A DNA stretch of 64,000 bases from Massalongia carnosa. Lineage: Eukaryota. Under the pieces are notes generated by a model. The model saw only the letters and a program-made list of their open reading frames with translations, was not told the DNA's origin and did no database searches. A program made the position numbers and the translations under genes. The DNA lies in assembly GCA_965645245.1 (NCBI GenBank), contig OZ287069.1, positions 2,542,001 through 2,606,000 on the forward strand, written 5' to 3'. This document shows positions 22,743 through 36,679 of the stretch, one piece after another (the first letter of the stretch is position 1; the number at the start of each line of letters is the position of its first letter).

Positions 22743-25035
22743 TTACTTCTGACAGGCCTCCAAGTAATTCCATCTTAGCTTGGTAACTAGGCTTCCATGC
22801 TTCTCCTCCAACCTCTCAATCCTCCTCGCATCTGTAGAATCCATATCGTTATCGTCTGAGTCGGTCCATACGCCCCTCACGTTCTTTGGAATTCGCCCTT
22901 TGTGCATAGCCATGTACTCGAGAACCTCATCCGCGAGACGATGATCCAAGCTCGTGCGTTCAAGAGCAAGAATAACATCGTCGGCGGGACGGCCAGCGGC
23001 GACATGGGCGTCGATCCAAGCATCAAGACGTGCATTGATTTCATCTTGGGAGATGTTCTTGGGCAATGGGGAGCCAGGAATGTCCTGTGGAGAGGAAGGG
23101 ACGTCTTCAACATCCCAACCGCCGTCGGGATCAGGGAGGGAGAAGTCGGGGATTTGGGTTGTGCTGTTCAGCAAAGCTTGAGTGTCTAAGAGCTGAGCGT
23201 TTGGCTCACCAAAAGTTTGTTGGATGTACTTGGAATTATTGTCCGAGGATTCTTCGTCGTCCCAGCCTTCTTCAGGGGGTGGTACATCCAGGTCGATTGT
23301 TGGAGTTTCATTATTAAATATGGCTTGAGTAGGATGAGCAATATGCTCGGGCTCGGAAAGGACTGGGGAGGCTTGTTGGCCTAGTCCTTGATTGTCTTCC
23401 TCCGTGCTAGCATGGTCGGTAAGGAAAAGCCCAGCGGAGCCTACTTCCTCATCTTCGTTTTCTGCATTCCCTCTATCTTTAAGGCCTTTGAACGGTAGAG
23501 TATGTTTATCTTTACTTTCTGGAGAAGTGGTAGAACGCTGATGGACGGGACTTTGGTTGGGAGTCGAGGCTATCTCAGCGGGTAATGAGGTCCTGTCTCG
23601 ACGCTGCTTCTTAATGGGGTATTCTCGTCCTGTAGGGGAGCTGCTTGGCATCTCGTCCTCGTTCGTTACACGCTTGCGTTTATTATCTCCGTCCTGAGCT
23701 TCGAGGCCTGGGTTGAAGAAATCGTGAGAATCCGATGTATCTGACCTTTTAATGTTTGGTGCGGTCCTGTTACCTTGCTTACTTTGTTGGATTGGCTGTA
23801 TATCTAAAGATTGGTTTCTAGGCGATCTTGGGGTATCGGGAAGACTGGATGAGCTCTTGCCCGGACTTGTAGAGCGAAATCTTTTATGCGGCGAAGGTAT
23901 CATCAAAGTTACTACTCTTGGCTTCTTTCCCAAGTCGGGGCTTTGTGAGCGAGAACTTGAGGTGGATCTAGAATTGGTTCCCTCGGCTTGTTGATCAAGA
24001 TATATTGGTCGAATTGTTCTTTCCCAGTAGTCCTGCCATTCGCTCGCTGAATGATTTTGATTAACCTTTTTACGGTGTTAGTCAGTGGATCACGCGACGG
24101 AGTCGAACTCTCCTTACATCATACTTCGTTGTCCACATCTCCCATTCTGCTTTTATCTGGGCAGGATCTATTTCTAGTATATCTTTTCCAAGCTCATACA
24201 GTAAGTTCCTTTCTTCTGACGTAAAATCGACCTTTCTCGTCGATTTGTTGGGCAGTTTATCTCGTCGGTTTTTGGGCTCCCGTTCTACCGTGCGGTGTTC
24301 GAGAACAGGTATGTGCTGAACACTGAAATCAGGGCGTGTCCCTTTGAGGTATTTCACAAATCGATCTCTCCATGATTGCCAAGGGTGTCTTGGATTCTGA
24401 GTAAACATCAATAGCTTGCTCGAAAGATACAATCTTAGTAACAATCTACCATTGCTTCGAGCTGTTTATATATCTCATTCCCATCAGTGCCACCACCCTT
24501 TTGCTTGCTTTCTTGCACCCACTGCCATAGTATCTTGTCGTCCTCTCGAGTGAACGGGGTCCGTGTCCCTTTCGTTGGGTGCGTAGCTGAGCCAACTTTT
24601 CTGATTGTGCCAGCAGGGGGCCCTACAGCATGATCTGCAATGTCTTCTAGAACACCATTACGGATAGACTTCTCGATGTATGTATAAGAGTAACTGTTCA
24701 AACTCGATATCAGATCGAGGTCAATACCGAAACAATCGGGTAATAATGTATGTAGGGTTACCGACGTGCCTGGCAATGCCCTTTGTTTTGCATGGTCCAC
24801 GATTTTGAGGTCTGCTTGATTCTCCAATGGAAGGACCTCACCGCCATTGGCCTATGAAAGCTTAACTGAGTCAATTGCTGATGAATAATGGTTGATATGA
24901 TCATACCTCAACGTCTGCAACGAACCTAGATCGTTGTGGGACTTTTTGCGACAGCCAGAATTTAATGCCCCGAAAAAGGGTTCCTTGAACCCCATTCCCG
25001 TCAGAAACTCCGGTATACACCACTCGAGCGGTCAT
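22743..25035 (-). CDS. rap1: Rap1 / TERF2IP telomere protein (BRCT, Myb, Rap1-C), multi-exon
   Basis: BRCT-like LFRGIKFWLSQKVPQR...SYTYIEKSIRNG; Myb RTPFTREDDKILWQWV...GNEIYKQLE...PRHPWQSWRDRFVKYL; C-terminal PKNVRGVWTDSDD...LEEKHG. Confidence 0.9.
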
Positions 25036-25281
25036 GCTCGTTGAACCGGTGGCTTTTAAAGAATTCACGTGATAGATGGGAAGTGACGCGACGTGAAGTA
25101 GATGCGTGTCGAGCATTGTGTAACTCGCACTAAATTTGACGTTGGCACTAGGTTTTTGTGTAAGTACTCCGTAATTCGTACTCTGTACTCAAACATTCAT
25201 TTACATATCATTAGCTCCAACTATCGACTAATAACACTACGGGCTGATCTAGTCATAGTCCTGGGTAATTCAAGTAAAGTG

Positions 25282-26630
25282 ATGGGGGCTCTGAAGAATA
25301 TTCTTATAGGGGTATTGATAATTTCCATCATTACTTTTGTAGCTCTCTTTGGCCGTCTTCCAGCGTTCCGGTGAGCTCAACGATAACGCTGTGGGGTTAC
25401 TTGACTGAATAGAAAAAGCAAGGGTCCTATCGGTGTTCTCCATCGGCTGCTCTGGAATGTTCTTCCAGCTCATTTGTGCACACTCGATGATCATCTTTCT
25501 GGCGGAAGAGTCGCATCTTCCCTTCGCCGACTTGGTCATTATCTTATGAATGAAAATCATCCATTGATTTTAGTAAGATACCGGACAGTGTTTACAGGAC
25601 TTTTGTTCCTGACAACTAATAGATTTTCTTTCTCGGGGTTTTATTGGGTTCTCAGCTGCTCTTCCTTCCAAAAGCATTCGCTCGTTTGAACTCCTTTCAC
25701 CGTGTCATTGCAATGACGCTGAGCATTATTCCTCATATTTTGATCTACAAGACCGTAACATCTACATCATCTTACATATCTCCCAGAAATCACTGGCAAT
25801 ACATGCGACAGTATCCCTATGATCATGTTCTCTATCAGCCGGGGCAATTCTGCCGTACTTGCCATTTTCTCAAACCTGCAAGGAGTAAACACTGCAGTAT
25901 TTGCAAGGTCTGTGTAGCTAAACATGATCATCATTGCGTATGGGTCATGAACTGTCTAGGGAAGGGAAATTATGCGTACTTCATTGCCATGCTTTTCAGT
26001 ATTTCGAGCCTACTAAGCTATGGGGGGTATCTTGCTTATTTGCTTCTGACAGAGACGCTTCAAAGTTTTGTTGTTCGTCGATCTCAAGGGATTGAGGCAA
26101 GACAGCATTGGAGTGCTGGAAGGACGTGGTCACAGTATTTTGAAGGCTGGGCTTGGGCTGTTGCACGTGATATTCGCATTGGAGGAGTAGGGATGCTGGC
26201 GGTTTTGACAGCACCACTTGCTTGGGGGCTATTTTTGTATCATTTGTACTTGATTTGGGCTGGAATGACCACGAATGAAAGCTCGAAATGGGCTGACTGG
26301 AAAGATGACATTGCAGATGGTCTTGTATATAGGAGTGAAAGATTTGTGGGAGATCGTACGAGTTGCCAGCAGGATCCTGAGGTGGAGCCCTTTGTCGAAT
26401 GGCCTATAAGCAGCAACCAGCGACTTGTGAAGTATGAGGATGGTGTATCTCCAGCTGGTCAGCTTGATAATGCTGAGAGCTCCGCAACGTCACCCACACG
26501 AGGAAACGTATCATTGACGCCCAGCTGGAAGAGACTACATGACCTTCACGAGGTTGACAACCTTTATGACTTGGGCTTCTGGGATAACTTGTTAGATATT
26601 ATACCATTTACAACATCGTTAATACATTAA
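25282..26630 (+). CDS. swf1: DHHC palmitoyltransferase Swf1
   Basis: TFVALFGRLPAFR, YPYDHVLY, CRTCHFLKPARSKHCSICKVCVAKHDHHCVWVMNC, GMTTNESSKW, NLYDLGFWDNL; two 5' introns. Confidence 0.93.
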
Positions 26631-28276
26631 TCGCTAGCATTCTACATCAGGGAACGAAGGTACACTAGGCTTAGCATAGCTAGGCAAATAGGTAAGCATT
26701 GAACGGCTTTGCTTCATCTCATTTGAAAATAGGAGTAACTGAAGTTTTCTCTATGGCTGGGTCAACAAAGCTGGTTACTATCAGGGAAGGGTCGTTAGCG
26801 GCAGACTGGCGCAGAAAGCAGCTTTGGATGAATCTGTTATTTTAAAGATACCAATGCTCCGGGAAGAAGTCTTTGCTAACTATTTCATTTTTAGATAGGA
26901 AAAAACGAAAACTTGGTAGCGGTTGAATCATATGACTACTTCTTTCGTACAAAAGTACACCTCTCGGACCCACATTCGACGCTTGCAGTCTTTAAGATTA
27001 AAAAAGACCCTTCAGGCCTTATAGAGAAGGTCAAAAAGCAGACAGATGAATAGCATGGCTTTGAACCCTACGGTCTCTAACTAGAGCCGGCCGTGAAAGG
27101 GACACATAGTTACTTCAATAAGGGGCGACCACGAAAAACCTATAGGTAGTAGCTTTTTTGTGCATATATATTGAAGAGCATGGCCCTTGCTCCTGAAATC
27201 GTCTATGTCTTTAGATAAAGAATCTCTTTCTGGTAGTCTTTACCAACAATCGATATTAACATCTACGAACAGCTGCTTGATATCCATCTAAACATTAGTC
27301 AATTACTGTTCTTTTCATTTGTCATTCTCGGAATCCCATGGTCATCAACCTCTTGCGTGCTAGACTATTGGAGGCACTTCGATGCCAACGGCCACAAGGA
27401 TTTTTATTCCTTCTCATAACCTTCCAACGTCACTACCATCAACTATCAATATCCTCATGAAGATCGGGTATTCCAGCCATAAAAACGTCCTCGAGCGGCG
27501 GCCTAGATGCTTGCGTTAGTTGCCGGTGATTAGACCCGTAGCCATCGCTATGGTGTCAAGATTTCTTTCATTATACAACTTTCTTCTCGACAAACTGTTC
27601 ATCGACAAGGTTCATGTTCCAATCATTACGTTAGAATGTGCGATCGATGCAGCCATCTCAGAATTCCAGCTTTTGATGTTTACACCTTCAGTCTCGACTG
27701 CGGGATATTCGCCTGTGGCTGAAACCTGGAAGATAGATAACGGAGCCTAGATAGGGTTGGTGTAGGAAGTTTTAGCTGCTTGAAAGGGGACTGAGCCTTT
27801 TGGTATTCTAGACTATTAGTGAGAATTGCGGAGTGGAAAGAACAGGAACCATTTTTGTTGGTTGGAGGGGCAGGGGCATTGCAAAGCTCGCAGGTTTGAG
27901 TGTTATTGCCCGTAGAATATGTTGGATCTGTTTGTTTGATCTGTTTTCTTGCTTGATCTGGTATCAGGCAAACACGGAGCTGAATAACAGTTAGGAATCT
28001 TCAGGTTAACGGCTGGATATAGCAGGATAGATGTTCTGTTGTGAATAGATTTACACTAGCCAGGAGAAACGATTGAGCTATTATCGACCAAGGTCGCAAT
28101 AATACTCTGTAATTCACGCGATATGCACGTTGTACCAAAAGTGTTGAGAACGGAAAATGAGGTCATTCACACGTTTTCATTCCGCAATTCCGCACTTCCT
28201 GACTTTCGGTCAAACCAAAACCCATCCCGCCTCGGTTGATCTCGTTTAATAATCCAATCGGCTCACTGTATTCATC

Positions 28277-31200
28277 ATGGCGAATAACTTTCCCTCTGGA
28301 CAGTTCATTGGGCATATAGCTGACGGAGCAATCACTCTCAACCTTCCAGAAGACTTTGATGGCGATCGTCAGGCTTTGATCGCGACCCTGCAAAATTTCC
28401 ATAACAGAGTCATGTCTACTAGAATTCCGGCTTCACAGCCGTCTTCAAGCCCTGTGGAGAGGCTTCGTGAGCTTCAACCCCCACGGAGGATCCATCCGAG
28501 GGTGAGGGAAAAGCCCGAGGAAGTTGGCTTGAAATGTTGTTTGTGGATCGCCATTGCTATGTATCAGAGTAGAACCGTTCTACCCGCAAGCACCTATGAG
28601 AAATCGCTGGGTACCGCGAAAATATTGCTTAAACAAACTGAAAAACATGACCGGGTCAGGTACGTCATCGCTTTTTCCCCTTGGATGCAGCAAAAGCATG
28701 TTTGATAGAGGTAAAAATTGACATGAATACAGAAAACAACTAGGATTTGAACCAGAGATATGGAAAATTTACACGGAGCTATTTGCTACTGCAATACCTG
28801 TGTTGGAATCTCAATCCTTCGTATCAGATGATCCAGCTGTCGCAAATGCCAACGGCTCATCTTCAACATTAATGGCACTGAATCATAACGTGTTGATGAA
28901 AGATCTAGAGCGGCTCAATGATTTACTCTTATTGGCGAGGAATCTTCTTGCCACGAGAAATTTAGCTCAAGATCTTGCAGGAGATAGTGGGCTTGACCAG
29001 CACATACTGAAACTCGTTGATGTTTGCGTTCGCGTCACTGCTCGAGGTTTTGACGGCGATGCTGGCACTAGAAGTGAGACGCAATGGGCCAACGTTGTTG
29101 GATCTTGTAAGCCCTTCCATGATCATTAAGCCGTTCAAAGGGTAGTTTTGCTGACGAAGCAACACGCAGACAAGAAGCTCCTCGTCACGTCCTTACAGTT
29201 TCTATACAACTTTGTGCAGAAGAATGAGAAACGCAAGCTGTTACTTTGGTTAGATCTTTTTGCCCACTCTCGGAACAGTGACCCACTTTTCACCGGTAAC
29301 ATTGACACTCGCAAAGCCGAAGACGTAACAGCAGATGGAGAACTGGACCTGACTCTCAACGAACAAAAGGGGCCCCTTAACAAACGGCAGACGGCTCCGA
29401 GTGCCAATGAGTTGTTAAATACTGCCTTGAAAGCAGTTCAAGGCACAACACATCCGGTTAGCGATATACGGCCGGAAGAAGCTGAGCGGATAGCCAAACA
29501 GGTCATGAGCACAGTGGATGGTTTGGTCAATTTAACGATGGAGCAAGACCGACAAACCCAACTTGAGGAGTTAGAGAAAAAGCAAGGTACTTCAAACCTG
29601 GTACCTTCGGCGCGTAAGGCCACCGACGATCCCAGTCTCCCTTCTGTTCGCCAGCCTTGGAGCTGGAATTCCCTTCCTGAGCCTACTAATCAAGTTGATC
29701 CCCGCGGTACAGCTAGATTGGATGAGCTGCCACCTGTTCGTGACCCTCAATCCGCAGCGACAACGCTGCAACGAGCCAAGGAGCAAATAATGGCACGGCT
29801 CCAGGATTCCGTCCCAGACCAGGAAGAGGGTGAGGAGCAAGACGCATACGCTGGATCCGAGAATGAGGAAGATCGTGATGTACGTGGCTCTGATGTAGCT
29901 GCTAATGGCTCTGTTGGGGAGGAGAATAATGATGATGAAGATGACGATGAATACCGTGGACCTGGTGATCAGGAGCGTGGCTTGTTAACAGATATTCCCT
30001 TGGTGCTTTCTCCCGTTGAAATCCAAGCATTACCATTGCTAATTCAGGTTGGTATTGTCAATGGAGAAGGGCTAGATACACCTCGGGATAGGAAAGAACA
30101 TCAAGACATGCAGTCAGTAAGGTGCAATATCCTCCTAGCCCAAGACTCGGGGCGGAATCTTCTTCGAGAGCTGTTAATATTTATTGCTGCTTGGGACCTG
30201 CAGGATGATGACTTCTATTTTAAGATTATGATGTCTATAATGGAGGCGATCCTGGAAAATGGCCTCATGCCGTTTGCGTATCAAGCATTCGGCGAATCTA
30301 AGGACATTGTGTCCCCAGCTCAATCGATGGTAATCAAGATCCTAACGCAAATCTTTCGCGGAAAGCAAGGCCTACCTCCAGGATCTCGAGAACCATCTGA
30401 ATCCTTCCCGAATTACAGAGCTTCAAGCCGTGTGGATATACTAGTTGTCCGTTACATCTTTACCACTTTCCGCCAAGCCATCATCCCGGAGACATGCGCT
30501 CTTATCTATCTTCAAGGCCAAATTCGAGCTGGAGCCGCATTGCCCGAAGACTTTCCACTGAATCTGTGGGACATGGAGCGCGTCTACGAGGGTGTATATC
30601 AATTCCTTGAATTTTTCGCCGTCTTGACTGAGAGCGAGGAGTGGAAGAATCTTCTTGTCCAGTGGGAAATCGTTTCGGAGCTTGTTACCCTTCTTCGTGA
30701 ACTTGACGCCAGCATTCCGAAGGCGCCTCTTGGTCCCCTACCCCAAACAACTGCCGCTGCTGCTGTCGCTGCTGCCGCTGCGGATTCTCAAGCATCGCCC
30801 CAACAGCAGGCACCCGCTGCAATAGCCATCCCTCCTGTAGCTGTTGAGCGCCCGTATGACCAGGCGCCTCCAGACCCAGCCTGGCCTTCGACCGACTATG
30901 CTGATGGCACTGCATCTGAAGCGCCATCTGCCGCGATCGATAACCAAGACCCATCGGATTTCGAGTGGCGCAATCTAAAGAAACTTGTGGTGCTCGTTCT
31001 TTCATCGCTTGTGTGGAAATCTACAATTGTGCAGAACCAGATTCGACAGTATGGTGGTGTTGAGATGGTGCTTGCGTGCTGCAATTTCGACTCGAACAAC
31101 CCTTATATCCGCGAACATGCCATCATGTGCTTGCGTTTCTTGTTGGAAGGCAATCGCGAGAACCAGGATATCGTAAGGGTGTTGGAGCCGAGACGTGGCG

Positions 31201-31292
31201 TTCCAGACGAGGTCCTGGACAAGCGCGGCTATGAGACGTATATCGACGATAAGGGAAAAGTGGGCTTGCGCGCTAAGGAGGGGACGACTTAA
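28277..31292 (+). CDS. ctr86: Ataxin-10 domain protein (Ctr86-like), 3 exons
   Basis: C-terminal VQNQIRQYGGVEMVLACCNFDSNNPYIREHAIMCLRFLLEGNRENQ is the ataxin-10 domain. ORFs 28277, 28800 and 29148 are joined by GT-AG introns. Confidence 0.87.
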
Positions 31293-32365
31293 TAGATGAT
31301 GATATGGATTCGCTACGTAGCGGACATGACGAAAGGGAAGTGGGAATTTTTAACGTGCATGCGTTGCGAGAAAAGCGAGGAGTACTAGTACCAGGACAGA
31401 AGGTGGCATGGAGGCTTTTTTTTTACTTTTGCAGCCAGGACCGGCGCATGGAGATACCCACATAACGACATTATTCACGACGGCACAAGTTCAGAATTTT
31501 AAAACCGGTATTTAATCAAAACGCAGACAGGGGACAATGATGATACACCAAAGGAAATCATAATATGCCACTGGCTTTTTCCTTCTCTTCTTTTCTTAGG
31601 CGGATTTTAGTGGTGGGGAAGACTCTGAGACCTCGCGCTCTACTTTTCTTCTCCTTTCTTCTCCTCAGCAAGCAGGACACATTGCCGTTGCTGAGATCTA
31701 TCTCTCGCATCGAGCAGCTTGGGCTTATTTGAGGGGTAGGAGGGTGAAAGAAGAAAGGTTGGGGCCATGGAAGGGAAGAAGGGGGGGGGGGGGGGGTTTG
31801 TGATGAAAGGGTCTTTTGTGAATGAGATGGATGGGTTCACTGAGTTTGTTCCAGCCGATGCCGTTCAAGTCTTCCAGTCTCCGATGGATAGGGCAAATTA
31901 AGCTAGCTGGCAACTTGGCTTTGGTAGATAGATGGCTAGGTTTCAAATGCAAAGTTTTTTGTGCGAGAGGCTGATTTGTGTGTCCTTTTCTGTCTTTGAA
32001 AAAAAATATATATATATATATTGTGGGGATTGAGAAACGGGGGGGGGTTAGTTGATTGGGTAAGGTAAGGTATGGAAAAACGAAGATAGATGGTGCGAGA
32101 TGAAAGCTTTTCAAGATACAAAGGATTGGATAACTTATATGCAGCGGATTCCAGTATCCAACACCTGAACAGTCCTAGAGCCTCCAGGAGATTTGCGCTT
32201 TCTCTATACAATCGCTGACAGGTTCTCGACCAGACAAGAGAAACCAAGGTATGAAGACGCAAGTCGAGGTCCCAATATACAAATCGCTTAATTGCTCATC
32301 TCATTCACCATACCAGTACGGCTTGAAGCCTTCTCTCCTTCACCCCACTAGAAACCAGAAAACAG

Positions 32366-33240
32366 TCACACCCTCTGGCCCCACACCCCGCTATCATAAG
32401 TCGTCTGCTCGCTCGGCGCGCTATACCCGAACTGCTGCGCCTGGATCGGCCGCTGCACCTTGTAGGGTCGCGACAGTCCGTGCGCGACGGCAGCGCGGTT
32501 GTGGTAAGGGTCCTGCTCAGTGGAGGAGGCGTCGGCGGCTGCTTGCGACCGTGCCTTGGACTGGCCGATGAGGGGCCCTTTGAAATCGGCCATGGGATTG
32601 TAGATACCACGGTGGGTGGCGTTGCGGTGGGTACGTAGGTCGAGGAAGAGGGCTAGGAAGGTGGAGACGCTGTGTGTTGGTGGAGAGATGATGGTTCAGT
32701 CATCATGGAGGGGGAGGGGGAGGGGGAGGGGGGGGGGGGAGGAACTTACAGGCCGGTGATGGTGAAGGCGGTTAGGGCTTTGTAGAGGCGGCAGATCATA
32801 ATGCCAGCATCATGGTTCCAGGTCTCCGGCGTACAGCGGTGGCCGAGGGTGGGGCTGATGTTCCAGGTTAGAAGGGCGAAGCCAAGGGCCCAGAGGGTGG
32901 CGTTGAGTCCGTTGAAGGGGAAGTTGAGTTTGGGGGGGAGGGCGCGGGTGCTGTGGAGGAGGCTAGTGAATACGAGAGAGACGATGGTGAGGATCGATAC
33001 GCCGAAGAGCTAGAGCAGCGGGGATATGGTTAGGGCTAATTCTGCTTGGGGGGAGGGGGAAGGAGCGCGAACAAGGAGAAAGGTCCAGGGAACGTAGAAA
33101 TGCTCAATGTGGAGATTGTGGATGAAGAAGGAGAGAATGCTGAGGACGATGGCGGAGGAAAGCAACTGGGTCATTCGGAGCAGGTGGAAGGCGAGGGGCG
33201 GGTAGACGGAGGGTTGCTTGGAGATTCTGGCGCGGGGCAT
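32366..33240 (-). CDS. Four-TM MARVEL-like membrane protein (3 exons)
   Basis: MPRARISK...AFHLLRMTQLLSSAIVLSILSFFI..VPWTFLL|LFGVSILTIVSL...LWALGFALL...CRLYKALTAFTITGL|VSTFLALFLD. Four hydrophobic segments and GT-AG introns. Confidence 0.8.
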
Positions 33241-34318
33241 GATTGCGGATTTTGGGGCGAAGGGGTCGAAGGGCAGAGTTGGTGATGGATTAAAGGAGAC
33301 GGTTATGATTTGAGGAAGCACGGAAGGTACTTCGTAGATATTTGGATACTCTATACTGGATTGCTTTCGCGATCGAGGATATGCAGAGGAAATCTCACGT
33401 TAACCATAACTAGCATTTACTCCGTACCGTGGCGGTTAAGTTGAAGTTTGTGGAGGGGTTGGAGGGTTTGGGGATTTGGTTCAAAGTGTTTCAAGCTTGT
33501 TGACGGGCCCCACTTAGCCCCCACTTGGCCCTACACTTCTACGAGTGAGTAGTAAGTTCTCCTTAACTAACTGTACATAGAGAAAACCAGCTACCACCCC
33601 CACCGTTAGTCAGCGCTAACAAGAATCTGTGATCGAACCTAACTATTTTGATGATAACACGAAGTACTCACGTCATCCCGGCTTCCCGCGAGTACATACT
33701 AGTAATCGTACATAGGCACATACGGGTACATGGGCACAGACAGGTAGGTAGATCCCTCTTACAACCCTTTGCTGTGGTGACATTCGATCGGCTCACACCT
33801 TCCATCATAGAGAATTCACATCCCTCCTCCCACAACTTCAGTCGGACACTGCGAAGAGTAAAGTCATAGCGTGGAGTTCGATGTCTCGACTCTATGAACG
33901 ATGATTGTGGCTCCGCAGACTTCAACTTCCGCAGTTTCATTTCTTCCCTCGCGGGATTCTTACCCAGATGTATTTGTCATTCGGTCAAGGAGCACCGGAA
34001 TGGCATCAACAGAGGAATACTACTCCCACCGGCTTCGGTATTTGTCATTCTCTTGAGCCAAAAGGCGTCTTGGAAACCCCCCCAGCACCACGACCCCGTC
34101 AGCCAGTCCCTGCTCACTAATCGACGTGCTGGTTCTAGGAATAGTCTCTACCACAGGAGTTGAACATATAGATGGGAACCCCCCTAGTATATTTCGTAAC
34201 TCGATCATACGGACTGTACGTGAACCCTCAGTGGTATCAATTATCTTTGGTGCTCATACTATATCTTTCCCTGTAATATTTGAAAGGATAGGTGAAGACG
34301 CAACAGAGAATTGGGATT

Positions 34319-36195
34319 ATGGCATTCATAGAATCAACGCCTCAAGAATGGCATGATGGGGAAAAGTATATGCACTCACTGCTGCATGTACCTGAAGGGC
34401 AGAATCCTACTTCCCGTGGTATCTCACCTTATGGAAGCCATCTGATAATAAGCTCTCCTCTGTTGGCCTTGGGGGTTCTGGACGGTGATGGTCGGCCCTG
34501 GACTACTATAATAGGAGGCGAGCCAGCGTTTATGCGTCAGTTAGGTCGATCCACCGTTGCTGTTAAAACCTTGGTTGCTCCAAGATATGATCCTGTCCTC
34601 CGTATATTGCTCGGCCGCGAGCGGGGCGAGGAATCCAGGAAAGAGGCGAATACTGGGCAGATCATCTCGGGTCTTCCGATTGATCTAGCAAATAGGAACA
34701 GAGTCAAGTTATCTGGGCGGCTGGTCCCCAGAGGGATTGGCTTTGAGGTGCACGGAGATGATGACGGGATTGGAAAGGTTCAGCTCATCATCGAAGTCGG
34801 TAGTACTCTAGGTATGCAGGTTCTTCCATCCACCCACACTGATGGCGGACTGACGACGAGGAAGGCAATTGTCCAAAATACCTAAACGAAAAGCATATTA
34901 TTCCAGCGTTGCCAGAACCTACTATAATATCCGACGCCCTACCCTTGCCTGCGGAAGCGCTCGCATTACTTGCTAAAGCCGACATGTTCTTCATCACAAG
35001 TTCCACTCACGACTCGAATTTGGGAACTAATCACCGCGGGGGCCCCCCGGGCTTTGTCCGTGTACTTCGTAACGATGCGTCTGGCGCCAGTATCGTATTC
35101 CCTGAATATTCCGGGAATCGTCTCTACCAAACGCTTGGAAACCTCCATATCTACCCGAAAGCAGGGCTGGCTGTTCCGGATTTCGACACTCAAGCTATCC
35201 TCTACATGACTGCCACAACCGAAATAATTGTTGGCAAAGCAGCCGCCGCCTTGCTACCTCGTTCGAACCTTGTCGTGAAAGCGAATGTGATTGCAGCTCG
35301 CTTTGTACAACGAGGTCTTGCATTCAGAGGTGTTCCTGGCGAACGATCTCCATACAACCCTCCGGTACGGTTCTTGCCATCCGAGCACGCTTCGCTTGAC
35401 GCTACAATCACAAACGAAAATCCTGTGTATGCTAAACTATTAGAAAAGGAGCTCCTCACACCGAAAATTGCAAGGTTTCGGTTCGGTATGAGTGATGCCA
35501 AAGTGGCAGGACAGTACAACCCTGGCCAATATGTTGCTTTGGCATTTGAAGATAGGCTTGGAATGGGGTACAGTCACATGCGAGACGAAGATCCAAAATC
35601 CTTAAATGATGACTACATCCGCACCTTTACGGTATCATCCTCGACTGGGAATGGTTTGCCAGATGATCAATTTGAGATCACGATTCGAAATGTTGGTACC
35701 GTTACAGACTTCTTGTTCCGCCAGCAAACACGGAGTGGACTCGAGGTCCCGTTAAAGGGGTTTGGGGGCTCTTTTTCTCTACCTACGACGCCCAAGGAGA
35801 TGATCCCTTTCGTGGCTGGAGGGATAGGAATCACCCCCGTCCTTGCGCAGGCTGTTCATTTGGATCTCAAACTTCTGAGATTGTTTTGGATGATCAACGT
35901 TCGAGACATCGGCCTTGTTCTTGATACATTTGCCAGATACCCGTTACTCGGACAATCCACCAAAGTTTTCCTAACTGGCGTCGATGAAAATGCGGCTAGG
36001 GAAACGACTGATGCGGTGAACAAGGTTTTGGTGTCTGGTGCTCATGTTATCACCAGGCGCATGACAGGCCCAGACATAACGGCGGAGCGGGATCTTGCTG
36101 CGACTTGGTATCTATGCATGGGTACAGCATTGCGGAAATCTTTGCTGGGATGGTTGCTGGGTAAGACGGTAGTTTATGAAGATTTTAATTACTAA
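34319..36195 (+). CDS. Pyridoxamine-phosphate-oxidase-like / FAD-binding FR-type oxidoreductase; intron 34812-34864
   Basis: WHDGEKYMH, DGDGRPWTT, LG|NCPKYLN, NHRGGPPGFVRV, EYSGNRLYQTLGNL, DDYIRTFTVSS, FVAGGIGITP. Confidence 0.9.
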
Positions 36196-36679
36196 GCAGT
36201 GGCTCGAAGAACGAATAAGAGCTTTTGAATTCTGGCTTCCCTTTGAGCGCGAGATTGCATTTCACATGGTCTTCCTCTCTTATCCACGCCATATGTATCA
36301 GACTTTACCTTACCGATATCTCTAATAACCCATTCTGAAGTAGTAGATAAGGGAGTGTGTGAAGATGAGGAAAGGGGCAGTTACTGGATCCGGTCCGGAA
36401 AGATGATCAGTTGTCAACGCTTTACTCCTCACGGACGAGGCAGCACATTACTGCGGGGGGTATCATGCAGGGCCCTCGTATCGTTGACACGGTGACACGG
36501 TAACTTTATTAGGCCTAACGCAGTCGGTAGTGAAGCTGCCGCCCTTGAAACTCGAAAAGAATTTGACATCCTCATCCTCTTCCATTGTCTTCTCTACCAA
36601 GCTTCAGATACCAATAAACAATCGCACTGTAGCCAACCGTTTGTTGATTGTGCTAAATTCCATTTCAACCCCAGTCAGA

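Noticed and set aside
27050..27100. B-box-like GGTTCAAA on the minus strand
   Set aside because: No cloverleaf or A-box.
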